Assembly: GCF_030684315.1 (NCBI RefSeq)
Contig: NC_081357.1
Location: 95,038,930-95,102,929, forward strand
DNA length: 64,000 nt
Source: Stegostoma tigrinum
Lineage: Eukaryota
Direction: 5' to 3'
Below are positions 12,135-28,220 of this stretch, piece by piece. Both the position numbers and the translations under genes were made by a program. Each line of letters opens with the position of its first letter. Position 1 is the first letter of the stretch. The notes below the pieces were generated by a model. It was given only the letters and a program-made list of their open reading frames with translations. It did no database searches and had not been told where the DNA came from.

Positions 12135-15100
12135 CTGTTCGAAATACAGAGGTTTTAAAGAGTTAGAGACCTTCTGTGGCATTGCACCCAGAGTCAAGAC
12201 CAAGTGAAGGTATTCAGGTGAAGCAGGTTTCAATATAGGTAGTTAAGAACAGACTGAGGCAATTTGTTTCACCTCCTCGGAAATGATAGAATTCACTCCC
12301 CAGCGGTACTTTGGATATACTGAGCATGTGAACTGCAGCAGTAATAAAAAGCAGCTCTTGCACCTGCTTAATAATACAAATAGGCTATCTTCATAACCAT
12401 TTAAAAGTGGAATAATCAGCTTGTGACTTGGTAAGAATTCCTGGTATCCAGCACAAAAATCACAGGCAGTAGGAACATTGATATCCTGTAGAATAGTCTA
12501 CGCTGAAACTGAGGGGAGAAGGGTCAGTGAAGATTCATTCATTCCAATATTAATATAGATGGAAAAATATAATTTGGATGTAATAATGGAGACTGTTTCT
12601 GCTTTGACAGTCAGTGTGAGTGGGTGACCTGACCATGGTCTTCAAGTTTACACAATGTGGCTGAATTGTCTGCAATCAGCATCATTGTTCCTTTCTAATT
12701 TTCAAGTTAGTGCCACCTATGAAGTCTTGACTTTTCATACTAACACAGTTACCATGGCGGAACTCTAGCCTAAGCCAGAAAGCCATGGGTTCAAGCCCAA
12801 CACCAATACCTGAATACACACCCTAGACTGACACTTCAAGGAAGTGCATCCTGGTATTCTGACCAATGACAATCCTTCAGCCCCAATAAATCGGAAATTT
12901 GGCAAGGTCACAATATTGTGATGGACTTTTAATCCTCTGCAACATTACATATTCCAGGTCACATGTAGTCTGGCAAAGTTAGTTGTATCAATTTGCCTTT
13001 TATCAATTGGTTGCAGTGCATCCAAGTGCCATGGAGTGTCTTGCCCTTCTGTTGGCCAAATAGAATGACAGCCCTTTCCCTGAGCATGGATAGGATTTGT
13101 AGAACACTGACAAGTGAAACTGTTTTGAACTATTCACTCCCTTCTCTTTTCAGTCACTCACACCAGCATATTGCCCAAATGAGACAGGAAGTTCAGTGCC
13201 ATTAACAGAGGTGTTCAGTGCAGTAATTTGGAAACATTTACTTTACAATCACTGGTTAGTCTCAGCACTAAAGATTGTTTTTGTCTTGGGACTGTGTAGG
13301 CATGGCAGCCTTTTCAAATGAGAGTTAATGTTCCACTCGCAGCTGATCATTGTTACATCTGAAGTTTTTATTTTTTTTCAGTAATTAAAACACATGTAGT
13401 GTTTCCCCTTGATTGAATTATACATTAGTAATCTGGTTATGTAAAGTGCATTTGAATATTACTTGATGTTTAAATACTTCCCACATGTTAATAAAAGCAA
13501 AAAAATACTATTGATGTGGGAAACCTGAAACAAACAATGGAGAATGCTGAAGAAACAGGTCTGGCAGCATAGTTGGAAAGAGAAACCAAGTTAACGTTTT
13601 GAGACCAGTGGGAGTCGTCTTCAGAAATGTGAAAGATCAAAGGCTATCGTTGATAAGCAGCTCCCACATCAGATCAGCCATGCCAGCTCAATGACAGTTT
13701 GATAACAAGAACCTCTGCAAGTCAACAACCAAGCTGATGTGCAGACTGTACTTGGGCTGCGCCCAGACTTTGATTGGTATCAACAACATGGAAGAGTTCT
13801 GGGGAAATTCTAATATCTACCCCTGCATCCCCAATACAGGACTGTCAAGCTGACACTGGTGTCTTCCTTGAACCCACCTATCATTCTGGTAAATATCTGC
13901 AATGTTAACTTTGATGAAGTGGACACTATTTGAATGACCTAAAAGCATCTCTCCCACGAGAACCTGTTTTCTTAAAATTCAGATGGCTAACATTCCAGAG
14001 GAGGACAAAGAAAACACTAGAGGTACTCTGAAGGTCTCCTTGACATGCAGTCATAATGACTGGGAAGGGCTTGCTACAAATTATTTAAAATGCTGAAGCT
14101 TTTCCCAATGAGCTGCATTATGCCTGGTCACTGCATCTTGAGGTAATGCTGGCAGTAAAATAGAAAAGTAAGCAAATCCCACATTTTGGATCCATTACCT
14201 CACATATTGTCATGTTCCACATATCAAAAGATCTGAGTAGACATGATCCTTGCATTGAAGAATAACCAACAATAGCACCTTTTTTTACATAAACACTGGA
14301 TTGTAGTGTTTAACCCTCTCTGCTGTGAGTTAGTTTGCCTCCACTTCAGCTGTCAACTGATTCAGGGTGACAGCGCAACAGGGCCCAGTAGCATTGAAAC
14401 AAAGTGTTGGTCCAAAACATGGGTCCAAGTAGCAGTAAGAGATGAGTGATGAAAGCACTTTGGAAGTGAGTTTTAAATAACAAAGTTTTAACTCTGTTTC
14501 ACTGCATACGTTTAACTATTCAGCTTCAAATTAGGCCTTTAAACTGTATATATGCAAAAGAGACTACACCATCAGACAAAAGATAAGACTGACATAGCAA
14601 ATAATATCAAGGCTTATTTAAATGATTGAAAGATGATAAATAAATCAAAAATGTACAGCAGACATCTATAAATTTGAATGGTCAGCCCAGGCAGAAGTGT
14701 AAATCTACCTCAGTTTCCCGAGCTAACAGCAATTCTCTGAAATTGTGGGAACACTCAGTACCAACAAAAGCCAGTTTCACGCTTATGACTGTTGTAACCT
14801 TTAAGTTAGCTTTACCCAAGGTTGCTTCAGGCACATTATTTCGAGCCAATTGGTTGTTGTTGCATTAACTTTGTTGAAATTAGTGCTTATGCACATTGTT
14901 TCACTCCTGGGAGTAATGGACTTGTCCACGAGATCCCTCTTATCTGATTTTGTACAAGCCTTCATTCATTCTCTGGACATGCCATCCAGATGGTCAAGGT
15001 CAAATGGAACTTACAAGTCATATATTATCTGAATACTCCGTTCCTACAGAGAAAGCTTACAGCAGCAAAATAATACATTAAACTCCAAACCTTAGTAAAT

Positions 15101-16168
15101 TACCCAAGCTTCTAACTACTTCACAGAGCTCTTGTGGCACAATAGTATTGTCCCTACCTCTGGGTCAGAAGGTCCAGATTCAAGGCCCACATGCCCCAGA
15201 CATATCAAAACGCATCCAAACAGGTTGTTTAAAAATATCTATAGTTACTTGGCTAACCACTTATTGTTCAATTTCTACGTAACTGATTTTCACCAATTAA
15301 ATAATTTTTCTTAGTTGTTCACTAATTGTGCAGTAATTTTTGTTCAATACATATGATAGTAGTCTGTACTTAACATTGACCCATTTTATTGAAATTTAGC
15401 TCACTACAGTGAATTCTGTCATACATGTGTTATTTGAAGTAACATGGATTCAGTTTACTTGAAAATCTCACAGGTTTATTTAAACAGCTGTGACCAATTT
15501 GCAGTTACAGGTAACTAGGTAAGCATCTATGCTTTAACTTGTTTCTGCTTGGACTGCATAAGACAGTTAGTAGTTTCTTCCTGGCCCTTGACTCATTCGT
15601 TCTTAAAGTAATAACTTGCCAAATTTAAAACAAACTTTGTAGAATTTAGTTCAGCTCAAATTGACCATTTTCACTATACTAGTATAGAGTGTTCAGGCCT
15701 ACTTGCAGACATCCTAAGGTGGTAAGCCTCCATATTTTTGGAGCGTCTCATTTGGAGTGGCTTTCCTTTCCTTCAGAACAGGCAGTCAAGACTTCAGTTT
15801 AATCTCCTTAATTGAAAGGCAATTGCCCTGCTCATGCCTTGATGTCTCAGTTTTGCATTTACTTAGGACTTCTCAAACTCAGGAATTTGTTTTGTCACTG
15901 TTGTACAGTAATGCGGAAACAGCTACCAATATGCACATAGCAAGCTGCCACAAGGAATAAAGTAATTATTATGTCTTGTATTAGTAATGCACTGCAAGCC
16001 ATTGATAAAAGGAAAATTGATGCAACTACATTGAACTTGTAGCCTGCACCACAATGTTATGACCTTGCCAAAATTCAGAACACTAATTCTATTTGTAATT
16101 GCCAACATTTTTGGTTATAGTTGCAGTAACTGTATACACTCACCTAGAACAGATTGACATCTACATCA

Positions 16169-16462
<294 letters not shown>

Positions 16463-18368
16463 TCACATATAAGGAAAGGAAATCACACAATCCTTCTAAA
16501 ATGTTTCACAACTCAATTGGACCTTGGTTGATCCATATCATAATCACATTTATTTGCAATGGATCCATATCCTTTAACACTTTACTGAAGAAAGAAAACA
16601 AAAATCAGTGCATATAATTTTCATTTGTCATGCCACCCACCCGAAACCACTCGGGGTGGGGAGTGGTGGGTGCACGTGCACGTAGCACGCATGGGAGTTG
16701 GGTACAGGAGAAAAAAAATTCTGGATTTCTATTGTCTCTTCATGTGAATAACAAAAAAAAAGTTTCCTTACATTAAATTTTGAATGTATTGCTCTAACTT
16801 TAAAGTTATCCCTTCTTGATCTGATTCTCCAACCCGAGGAAGTAGCTTCTCTCTTGCTACATCAAATCCATGAAGAATCTTAAACGTGCCAAATTGATCA
16901 CCTCTAAATTTTCCATACTCAAGGGAATACAAGCATTGTCAACACAACATATCCTCAATTTAAGGCCTTTAATTCTTCAATCTGGCAATTGTGAAGGAAA
17001 TGTGCAGCTGAAAACAAAGCACTTTTAAGAACAGCAATATTTAAAAATGGAGATTGACAGATTTCAAAACACCAATGCTACAAAATAATATGTGTAGTGT
17101 ATAATGTGGGGAAAAAGGTTTAAGAAGTAGTTAACCATCCATAATTGCATTAAGTGGCAGAACAGGCTCAGTGGGCTGAGTGGTCTATTCCTACTCCCAC
17201 ATTTCTAAAATCTTATTGGGAGTGTGAGCCAACAGCAAGAAAGCTGTTAACAAAAGTCAAATTAAAGACAGGACAGACTCTGCTTGCTCCTACTGTAGAT
17301 TTGTTTCTGACCATCAAGTCTGCATCACTGCTTCCCTCCAGCAGTCAACAGTTTAACCCCAAGGCTTCTACTCATTCATCACAATGTTTGCATCATTTCA
17401 CAACAATAAAATCAAAAGTAAGTTTCAGTCAACAGATAGGAAGCTTGCTGAATTTTCTGGAATTCCTCGGTAGCTGCAACCAAGCTTCAGCACTTTTGTT
17501 AGAAAAACTGAAGCCAATGGGATGGGTTACAAAATCCGCTATGGGACAGAAAGCAAATAGTAAAAGCAATATTTTTTAGACTGGAGACAAGTGCTCAGTA
17601 CAACAGTATTCGACAGAGATCCATGTTTAGACCATTGTTCCTTATGGTATATATTCATAACCTGTCCTTTGGTATACAGGACACAAATTCAAAGTTGTTA
17701 GAGCAGATAAAATTTAAAAATGTAATAATGAGGATACTAACAAAGAAGGAAAAAGGCAAGCTGGTGAAGTGGATAGACATATGGCATACAAAAATTTACA
17801 AGCAAAGAAGTGTGAAGTAATTCATTTTGGTGAGAAGAATGATGTGAAACAATACAAAATAAACAGTAGCATTGAGGGGGATGCAGGGATACAGGGACAT
17901 GGGTACATGTAGCCAAATCTTTGAAAGTGACAAGAGTTAAGAAGGTTAAGAAATCATACAGAATCCTTGACTTTAGGGGCACAAAGCATAACTTCCTTGT
18001 TGTCTAAGTCTTTATACTGCACTTTATGAAGACATCAGAAAATAAATCCCATTTGCAGTATTGTGGAACATTTATTCTTATCTTTCTAAGACAAATTATT
18101 GGCAAATTTTTTATTCGGAGTCTCACTCCTGATACATTGAGTGGAAGTAAAACCTCTCAGGATGTGGGCATCAGTAGTAATTTTGAAGTAGCAATTTGTG
18201 TTCTTTATCAAAGCGGTATACAGGCAGTACAGCCCAATTGGCCTTATGCTATGCTGTAAAATTCCATACAATTTCCACAGTCAGCTCTTACACAGACCAC
18301 CTACTTCATTTAAATTAGTCATGCTTGCTACACCAGAAGTATGTTTTTTTTTCCATAACTTGCACTTA

Positions 18369-18710
<342 letters not shown>

Positions 18711-19231
18711 TCATTTTACAGCAACCCGTCAGCTCCCATCTTTGCACTTACGAAGTCACTTCTCATGCTGGTTTGTCAGTATATTATGAGGTCAGCTTCC
18801 AAAAGCATTCTTGACACCCAACCCCTCTTCTCCACACCCACATCAATACTGCCTGTCTGACATCAGGCCTTGGATGAGTCACAACTTTCTCTAACAGAAC
18901 GGGCATTATCACATTTGAATCCTGCCATTAAGCCATCTCCCTTGCTACTGACTTTATCCTTTCCTTGGCTGCAAACTCTTGATGCCTATTTAAAGTTAGG
19001 GCAGAGTTTTAAATCTCTTATTTCATCAAGCACAAGTGTTTTCCCCTTTCCGGGTAGAATTGCCAGTCAGCACTTTTACCCCCATCCCACTGCTGATCAA
19101 ATTCTGATTCATAGCTGTGTTAGAAACTTATTATTTTTCATGTTGTCTCGATCGACTAATTCTTTCCACATCTACATTCTCCAACTAACCCAAACACTCT
19201 CCCATTGGTGTCCAGTCTCTTGAATCCATCC

Positions 19232-22200
19232 ATACAGTGTGGAGCTGGAAAGTCAACATTTCAGGGCTAGACTCTTCATTAGGACTGGGGAGAGGAAAAA
19301 GAGCTGGGAAATACAGAGAAGAGGGGTGGGGCTGTGGGAAGACGATAAATGGATGCAGTAGGGGTAAGCAGGAAGGGTGAGGCAGATAGGTGGGGAAGAA
19401 GATGGGCAGATTGCGTCAGGTCAAGGAGGCAGGGATGAGAGGGAGGGTTAATCATGAGATGCAGCTGGGGTGGGTGAGGAGATTTTAAAACTGGTGATTT
19501 CTATGTTTCAACCTTCAAGCTGTAGGCTCCCAGGGCAGAATAGGAGGTGTTGATCCTCCAGTTTGCGTGTGGCGTCTTTGTGGCACTGGAGGGGGCCCAG
19601 GATGGACATGTCACCCAGGGGGTGGTGTGGAGGGGAGGTGAAGAGTTGAAATGGTTGCCATCCAGAAGGTGTTATTGATTAGAGCATACAGAGTGCAGAT
19701 GCTCCGCAAATCTGTCACGGAGTCTACTTTTGGTCTCACCGATATAGAGCAGGCCACATAGGGAGCAATGGATACAGCAGACCAAGTTGGAGGATGTACA
19801 GGCGAAGTCCTGTTGAATATGGCAAGTTTGCTTTGGGCCTCAGATGGAGGGGAGAGGGAGGCATAGGGGCAAGCATAGCACCATCTGTGGTTGCAGGGAA
19901 AGGTGCCGGTTGTGGAGGAGTTAGTGGGGAGTGTGGAGTGCACGAGAGAGCTGTGGAGTGAGCTGTCCCTATGTAAGCTGGATAGGGGTGGGGAGGTAAA
20001 TCTCTCTTTGGTGGAGGAGTCAGATTATAGGTGGTGGAAGTGGCAGAGAATGATACACTGGATGAGGAGGTTGGTGGGGTGGTATGTGAGGACAAGAGGG
20101 ATTCTGTCTTTATTTTTGTTGGGAGGAGGAGGTTTGAGAGCAGAAGTGCAGGAAGTACAAGGAATGTCCGGGAGTAGATCGCTCCATCTTGGCAGCAGAT
20201 ACAGCAGAGGAATTGGGAGTAGGGGATCATATTCTTGCAGGAGGGTGATTGAGAGGATGTGTAGTCAAGGTAGCTATGGGAGTTGGTGGGTTTGAAATAG
20301 ACGTCAGTGCTGAGATGGTTACCGGATATGGGAACAGAGATCCAGCAAGGGGAGGGAGGAATCGGAGATGCTTCAGGTAAATTTGAAGTTGGGGTAAAAG
20401 GTGGTGGTAATGTTAATGAACTGTTCAAATTTGTCATGGGAAGACGAGGCAGTGTTGATACAGTCATAGCTGTAGCCGAGTAAGAGGTGCTGGTGTAACA
20501 GTGGAAGAGGGGCTGCTCACGTATCCTATGATGAGGCAGGCATAGCTCGGACCCATACGGGTATCCATAGCCACGCCTTTAGTGTGTAAGAAGTGGGAGG
20601 AGTTAAAGTAAAAGGGTTGAGGGTAAGGACAAGTTCCAATGAGTGGATGAGTTTGTTGGTAGAGGGGGACTGGTTGGACCTGTGGGACAGGAAGAAGCGG
20701 AGGGCTTTTAGGCCATCGTGACTGGATGCCCATGGTGAAGAGACAGAGACACAGATAGAGGAGTACGGTGGAGCAGCCTAAAAGCCCTCTGCTTCTTCCT
20801 CTCCTGCAGGCCCAACCAGTCCCCCTCCGCTGACATCCTCATTCCTCATCCACTTAACAGAATTTGTCCTTACCTTGAACAACTTCTCCATTAACTCCTC
20901 CCACTTCCAACAGACTAAGGGCAGCCATGGGCCCAAGGTATGCCTGCCTCTTCATGAGATACATGGAACAGTCCCTTTTCTGCTGTTACACTGGCACTAT
21001 CCCCCACCTCTCCCTCCACTACATTGATGACTGTATTGGCATTGCCTGTGCTCCCATAAGGAGCTTGAACACTTCAACTTTACTAACAACTTTTACGCCA
21101 ACCTCAAATTCACCTGGACTATCTGTTACCTCCCTCGAATTTCTGGACCTCTGTCTCCATTTCTGGTAACCACCTCGAAACTGATATCTATTTCAAGCCC
21201 ACCGACTCCCACAGCTACCTGGGCTACACCTCCTCTCACCCACTCTCCTGCAAGAATGCGATCCCTTACTCCCAAGATATCCCAGGACACTCCCTGACAT
21301 CCCAGATGTCTTCCTAATTCAAGGGCTGCAACTTGCCCCCTCCAGTGATCAAAAATGCCCTCAACTGCATCTGTTGCATTTCCCACACTTCTGCCTTCAA
21401 ACACTTTCCCCCACAACGAAAATAAAGACAGAATTCCCCTGGTCCTCACATCACCTCACCAACCTCTGCATCCAGCATTTATTCGCCACCTACAAACCAA
21501 CCCCAAGGAGATATTTCCCTCCCCACTTCTATCTACTTTGCGTATGGGACACTCTCTCTGTAAATCCCTTGTCCGCTCCACACAAACCCCACAACCCCCA
21601 GCACTTTTCCCTGCACCTGCAGGAAGTGTTAGAGCTGCACCTACACTTCCCCTCTTACTTCCATCCAAGGCCCAAAGCAAACCTTTCATATTCGACAGGG
21701 GTTCACCTGTACATCCTCCATCTTGGTCTACTGTATCCGCTGCTTCCAATGTGGCCTCCTCTACACTGATGAGACCAAGCATAGATGTGGTAACTGTTTT
21801 GTAGCGCATCTGCGCTCCATACAAGGACAACACCTTCTGGTTGCAAACTATTTTAACTCCCCTCCCCACTCCCGGGGTGACATGTCCATCCTGGGCCTCC
21901 TCCAGCACCACAATGACACCACCCACAAATTTGAGGAGCAGCACTTCATGTTCCGCCTCGGGAGCCTACAGACTGCAGGCCTTAACATGGAATTCACCAG
22001 TTTTAAAATATCCCCACCCCTGACCTCATCCCATGTCCAACTCTCCTTCTCGTTTCCGCCTCCTTGACCTGACAACTCTTCTCTCCCACCTAGCCGCCCC
22101 ACCTATCCCACTGACCAATCCCCATCACTCTCTACCTGCACTCACCTATCATCATCCCACCTACCTTCCCCAGGCCCACCCCTCCTCTCTACTTATTTCC

Positions 22201-22345
22201 CAGTTCCCTTCCCCTCCCCATTTCTGAAGAAAAGTGTCAACCTGAATGTCAACTTTCCTGTTCCTCTAATGCTGGAAGACCTGCTGTGTTCTTCAGCTCT
22301 ACAATGTGCTGTGTCTGACTCGAGCATCTACAGTTCTTGCTATCC
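19232..22345. mobile_element. Penelope-like element, degenerate inverted pair (minus copy ~19232-20740, plus copy ~20770-22345)
   Basis: RT motifs (MGPRYACLF, YIDD), GIY-YIG endonuclease VYCIRCFQCGLLYTDET...H; both copies end in a degenerate hammerhead-bearing terminal segment. Confidence 0.85.
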
Positions 22346-22867
22346 TGTCCTATGTTACTCCAAATGCTTCAATATTTAAAACCCTCACCTTCCACTCTAT
22401 ACTCTCATCTACCCCTCCACCCTTACATCTTTCTCAGAATCTCTGGTAAGCTGGCTCTGACTTGATTCTTACTCCACTATTACCAAAAAAAAGTTTCCAA
22501 CTGCAGATTCCTACTACCATATCACTTCAGCCTAAAGGAAAGATGCAGCAGGTCATTCAGCTAGATAGACATTTTTCTATTTTGAGGCAAGGTGGAGAAG
22601 GGACAAAGAAACCAGCACAGCGATTCCTCTCCTGAGGAAGTGATAGCTTAGTGATTTCATTTTCATTGCCCTGGCCTCTGACTTAAATTTTCTTCACAAA
22701 TCATACAAGTCTGTACCCTCTTTGAACTTGTAGGAATACACTTCTAGGTTGATACCTGCTTAAAAATTGCAATCAATTATTTTACCAAAAATGCTGCTGC
22801 ACTTTAAAATGCCAGAGGATCAATCATTTACAATTCACACAGTTATTTTCTAATTACTCTATCTTCA

Positions 22868-23128
<261 letters not shown>

Positions 23129-23338
23129 TCAGCCTCACGTATGATCCAGGGTTACAATTCAGCCCTGTTGTGAAAAAACATTAATTTAGACCATCACTTC
23201 ACAGATGACAAATTACACAATGGCTATTCAAGAAGAACTACTTTCAAAAAAATAAGCACATGGGTGCATAGAGTGACCAGTGTAGATACTTTTTAAATCA
23301 ACCTGACGAGGTACATTATGACTGATCTCTGGGGGAGA

Positions 23339-25158
23339 GCATAGAACATAACAGCACAGTACAGGCCCTTCGGCCCTCGACGTTGTGCCGACCTGTCATA
23401 CCGATCTCAAGCCCATCTAACCTACACTATTCTATGTACGTCCATATGCTTGTCCAATGGTGACTTAAATGTACCTAAAGTTGGCAAATCTACTACCGTT
23501 GCAGGCAAAGCGTTCCATTCCCTTACTACTCTGAGTAAAGAAACTACCTCTGACATCTGTCCTATATCTTTCACCCCTCAATTTAAAGCTATGCCCCCTC
23601 GTGCTCGCCGTCACCATCCTAGGAAAAAGGCTCTCCCTATCCACCCTATCTAACCCTCTAATTATTTTATATATGTTTCAATTAAGTCACCTCTCGACCT
23701 TCTTCTCTAATGAAAACAGCCTCAAGTCCCTCAGCCTTTCCTCGTAAGACCTTCCCTCCATACCAGGCAACATCCTAGTAAATCACCTCTGCACCCTTTC
23801 CAAAGCTTCCACATCCTTCTTATAATGCGGTGACCAGAACTGTACATAATACTCCAAGTGCGGCCGCACCAGAGTTTTGTACAGCTGCAGCATAACCTCT
23901 TGGATCCAGAACTCGATCCCTCTATTAATAAAAGCTAAAACACTGTATGCCTTCTTAACAGCTCTGTCAACCTGGGTGGCAACTTTCAAGGGTCTGTGTA
24001 TATGGACACAGAGATCTCTCTGCTCATCTACACTACTAAGCATTTTACCATTAGCCCAGTGCTTTGCATTCCGGTTACTCCTACCAAAGTGCATCACCTC
24101 ACACTTGTCTGCATTAAACTCCATTTGCCACCTCTCAGCCCAGCTCTGCAGCTTATCTATGTCTCTGCAACCTACATCCTTCTTCACTATCCACAACTCC
24201 ACCGACCTTAGTGTCATCTGCAAATTTACTAACCCATCCTTCTACGCCCTCATCCAGGTCATTTTTATAAATGACAAACAGCAGTGGACCCAACACCGAC
24301 CCTTGCAGTACACCACTAGTAACTGGTCTCCAGGATGACCATTTCCCATCAACTACCACCCTCTGTCTTCTTTCAGCAAGCCAATTTCCGATCCAAACTG
24401 CTATATCTCCCACAATTCCATTCCTCTGCATTTTGTACAATAGCCTATTGTGGGGAACCTTATTGAACGCCTTGATGAAATCCATATACACCACAAACTG
24501 TTTACTCTCATCTACCTGTTTGGTCACCTTCTCAAAGAACTCAATAAGGTTTGTGAGGCATGACCTTCCCTTCACAAAACCGTGCTGACTATCCCTCGTC
24601 AATTTATTCTTTTCTAGATGATTATAAATCCTATCCCTTATAACCTTTTCCAACACTTTACCAACAACTGAGGTAAGGTTCACTGGTCTAATTACCAGGG
24701 TTGTCTCTACTCCCCTTCTTGAACAGGGGTACCACATTTGCTATCATCCAGTCATCTGGCACTATTCCTGTAGACAATGACGAGTTAAAGATCAATGCCA
24801 AAGGCTCAGCAATCTCCTCCCTGGCTTCCCAGAGGATCCGAGGATAAATCCCATCTGGCCCAGGGGACTTATCTATCTTCACCTTCTGAAGGATTTCTAA
24901 TACCTCTTCCTTGTGAACCTCAATCCCACCTCGTCTAGTAGCCTGTATCTCAGTATTCTCCTCGACAACATTGTCGTTTTCTAGAGTGAATACTGTCGAA
25001 AAATATTGATTTAGCACTTCCCCTATCCCATCTGACTCCACACACACAACTTACCACTACTATCCTTAATTGGGCCTAATCTTACTTTCATCATTCTTTT
25101 ATTCCTTAAATACCTATAGAAAGCATTAGGGTTTAACCTGATCCTATCCGCCAACAAC
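23339..25158 (-). mobile_element. Young 5'-truncated CR1 LINE
   Basis: Near-intact RT ([33 protein letters not shown]); tail of TATGTTC repeats at the left end. Confidence 0.93.
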
Positions 25159-25639
25159 TGCTTAAACCCTGGTCTCCCGGTCCAGGAGTAGAGACATGAC
25201 TACTGCACCACAAGATCCCTAAGAATGACCAGTCCAAAATTCCTGCCAGGTTAATAAAGCCATTACAAATGCAAACAAAACACTAAAGGTTCACACTAGA
25301 GAAACAGAGCTAAAAAGTAGAGAAGTCAAGTTAAATTTATGTAGAAATTTGGTTAGACCACACCTGGAGTACTGAATGTTGTTCCAGTCTCATTAGCGTA
25401 AAAAAAAAGTTGACATATTTGAAATGATGCAAGTAAATATCACTAGAATTATGGCCAAACTGAAAGGTTACACAAATGAGAAAACTTCAAACAAACCAGG
25501 ACGTAATTCTTGAAATGACTGATGGGTAGCCTGTAAAACGTAATTAAGATTATGACAGGATTTAATAATGTAGGCAGAGAATATGTTTCCACTTAAGAAG
25601 AAATCCAAGTTTCATAACCATGTACAAGGTGAAGCAATA

Positions 25640-27050
25640 CATCCCTGATCTTGCATAAGAATCCCCACTCTATGAATGCCTTGTTCACCTCCTGCTGCAC
25701 CTGCATGTTTACTCTCAGTGACTTGTGTATGAGGACACCCAGGTCTTTTTGTACCTCTCCTTTTCCAATCTATCATCCATAAAATAATGTGCCTTCCTGT
25801 TTTTATTACCAAAATGGATAATCTCATACTCATCCACATTATACTTCATTTATTTACTCATTATTTGTCCAAACCACACATTAAAGGATCTCTGAATCCT
25901 CCTAGTCAGCATCGCCTCATCTGAAAACTTGGAAGTATTACTTTTAGTTGCCTCATCTAAATTATTAACATGCATTGTGAATAACTGGGGTCCAAACACT
26001 GATCCTTCCTCACTTGTCACTGGCTGCCACTCGGAACATGACCCACTTGTTCCTACCCTTTCTTTCCTGTCTGCCAAATAGTTCTTTTTGCATGTCAATT
26101 TATTACCACTGTTCTCCTGTGCTTTAGGTTTACATGCTAAGTTCTTCCTGAAGCCTTGAATGAACTAGATCAAAAACCACAAAGTCCAAGTAAACTTATA
26201 TGATGAATAGCTGGGGCCCAAACTCAGATCCTTATGGTACCGCACTAGTCACAGCGTGGCAACCAGAGAATGACTATTTTTGTGTTCTCTTCATTAACCA
26301 ATCTTCTATCCATGGTAGTATATTATTGCTGATTCACTGAACTTCAATCTCCTGTACAAGACTTTAACAAAGTCTTCTGAAAATCCAAATACCCCAAATC
26401 CTCTGGTTTCTCATTATCAACTTTGCTTCTAACATCTTCAAAAATTCTCAGGTTTGTCAAACATAATTACCCCTTCACAAATCCATGTAGAGTCTGTCCA
26501 ATCAGACAATTATCCTTTTAAAAATGCAGTAATCATATTCCATAGAACTGATTCTAATATTTTCCCTACTACTCCCCTGTTTCTCTCTTCTTCCATTTTT
26601 AAAGTGCGGGTACATTTACAACTTTACAATCTATAAGTGTTACTGTTGAATTTGTACAAATTGAAAGCTGATACATCCATTATCTCTGTTGCGATCGCTT
26701 TGAAGACTAAAAGTGAAGATCACAACTTGTCAACTTTGAGTCCCATTAATTTCTCCAATAATACATTTTTCAGTTCTTCTTTCAACTTCACACACTTACT
26801 AGGACCCTGGATCTTAATTATTTCAAGAACACTGCATGTATCTTGATTATTAAGGCACACATACAAAGTATTTGTTTAGCTTCTCTGTCATTTTTCTATT
26901 TCTCCATTATAAATTCTCCTGTCTTCGCCTGTAATGGATCCACATTTGTCTTTGCTAATCTTTTCCTGCTTCAGAGGGTTTTACATCCCTTTACTATTTT
27001 ACATTCATATTCTATCCTCTTTTTTAAACAATTTCTTTGTCCTTCTTTAT
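25640..27050 (-). mobile_element. Old CR1 LINE fragments
   Basis: GSVFGPQLF...SKFSDE remnants in ORF 25850-26098. Confidence 0.7.
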
Positions 27051-28067
27051 TTGCAACAATGACCTTAGTGGTTGACAAAAGAAACTGAAAAGGCTGAACA
27101 CCAGATAAATACCTAGATAAATGTAATTGAGTTGAAATATTAAAGGTTTCACTCTGAGCACATATTGATGCCTGTCCTGTATTTCTATAACTAAAAATGT
27201 GGATTTGTACTCAAACATATTGGCTCATGAGTTTAAAAAGGAGGATATTTTAATCATTTCCTCCCACCAGTATATTACTCAATAGGTACTTTAAATGAGT
27301 TGTCGGCCTGGTCAGAGAGGAGAGAGCATTGCTGCAAGAATACCTGCTCCTCAATGACTAGCTAGAAGGATGTAGAAAAAAAACTTCAATGTAATGAAAT
27401 TTGACATCACCTGATCATCCATTGAGCAATGTTTCAAGGTAGTGTGCCACAATAATTAGTACAACTAGCAAAACTGTTTGCTTTCAGAGCTTAACCAATA
27501 TTTATCCCCCAAAACCATTAAAACAAATAATCTGGCAGTCATCACATGGCTGTTTTGGGGAGCTTGCTGAGCACAAAATGTCATGATTCCAGTCCACTAA
27601 CTAAAAACTACCCTTGTGCAGCACAAAATGAAAAAAAAAATCGCTTATCATGCAACAAATCGGGAAAAACTGGGAGGGGACAGGTGGGGGTGGTTGGGTA
27701 CGGCAAGTGGGTACAGTGGCAATGCTGGGTACGGTGCACAAGCAGGCCCAACACCACAGGCGAATGGGCAAGACAGGGCATAATAATGACAGGCAAGGAG
27801 CAGACAGGGCAACAGCAGCTCGGGGACATGCCCAGGACAGGGTTGTGACATCAGGGTGGGCACATAGCAAGAGGGTGTGGGAATAGAAGACGGAGGGGTG
27901 GAGGAGGAGGACGGATCAATGGGTGGTGGTGGTGTCCGGGGGGAGAGCGGGACGAGAGGAATCTGAACAATGCCCTGGCCCTCTTCAGCCCCTGGTGTCC
28001 GGCCGGAGACAGGCCGATGCGCCGGGCCAATAATCCCGGGGCCGCACCCTGAGTCCTAGCTACTCAC

Positions 28068-28220
28068 CCACTCTCTGCTTGCAGACCCTGGCTTGGGAAT
28101 GGGGTAAAGACGTCGGTCCGCCGCGGGCAAAAGCTGCTGCCCAGACCGTCAGCGCCTCCGAGCCCGCAGCTCCCCCCCCAGGGCCAGCATCAACAGCTCG
28201 TCACTACCACAACCTGTCAC
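28068..28220 (-). other. HEATR5B: HEATR5B non-coding exon 1 (5' UTR); 5' boundary approximate
   Basis: Minus-strand donor TGG|GTGAGTAG at 28068/28067 inside the CpG island, upstream of the ATG-bearing exon. Confidence 0.7.

Noticed and set aside
15130-15200. tRNA-like sequences (also ~25160-25215, ~35272-35335)
   Set aside because: Degenerate SINE heads with no complete cloverleaf; not called as tRNA genes.
16630-16690. Small GC-rich hairpin and GTGCACGTGCAC palindrome
   Set aside because: Too short to distinguish from chance; no supporting context.
19736-20467. 243-aa Pro/Ser/Thr-rich ORF
   Set aside because: Off-frame reading of the degenerate Penelope copy.
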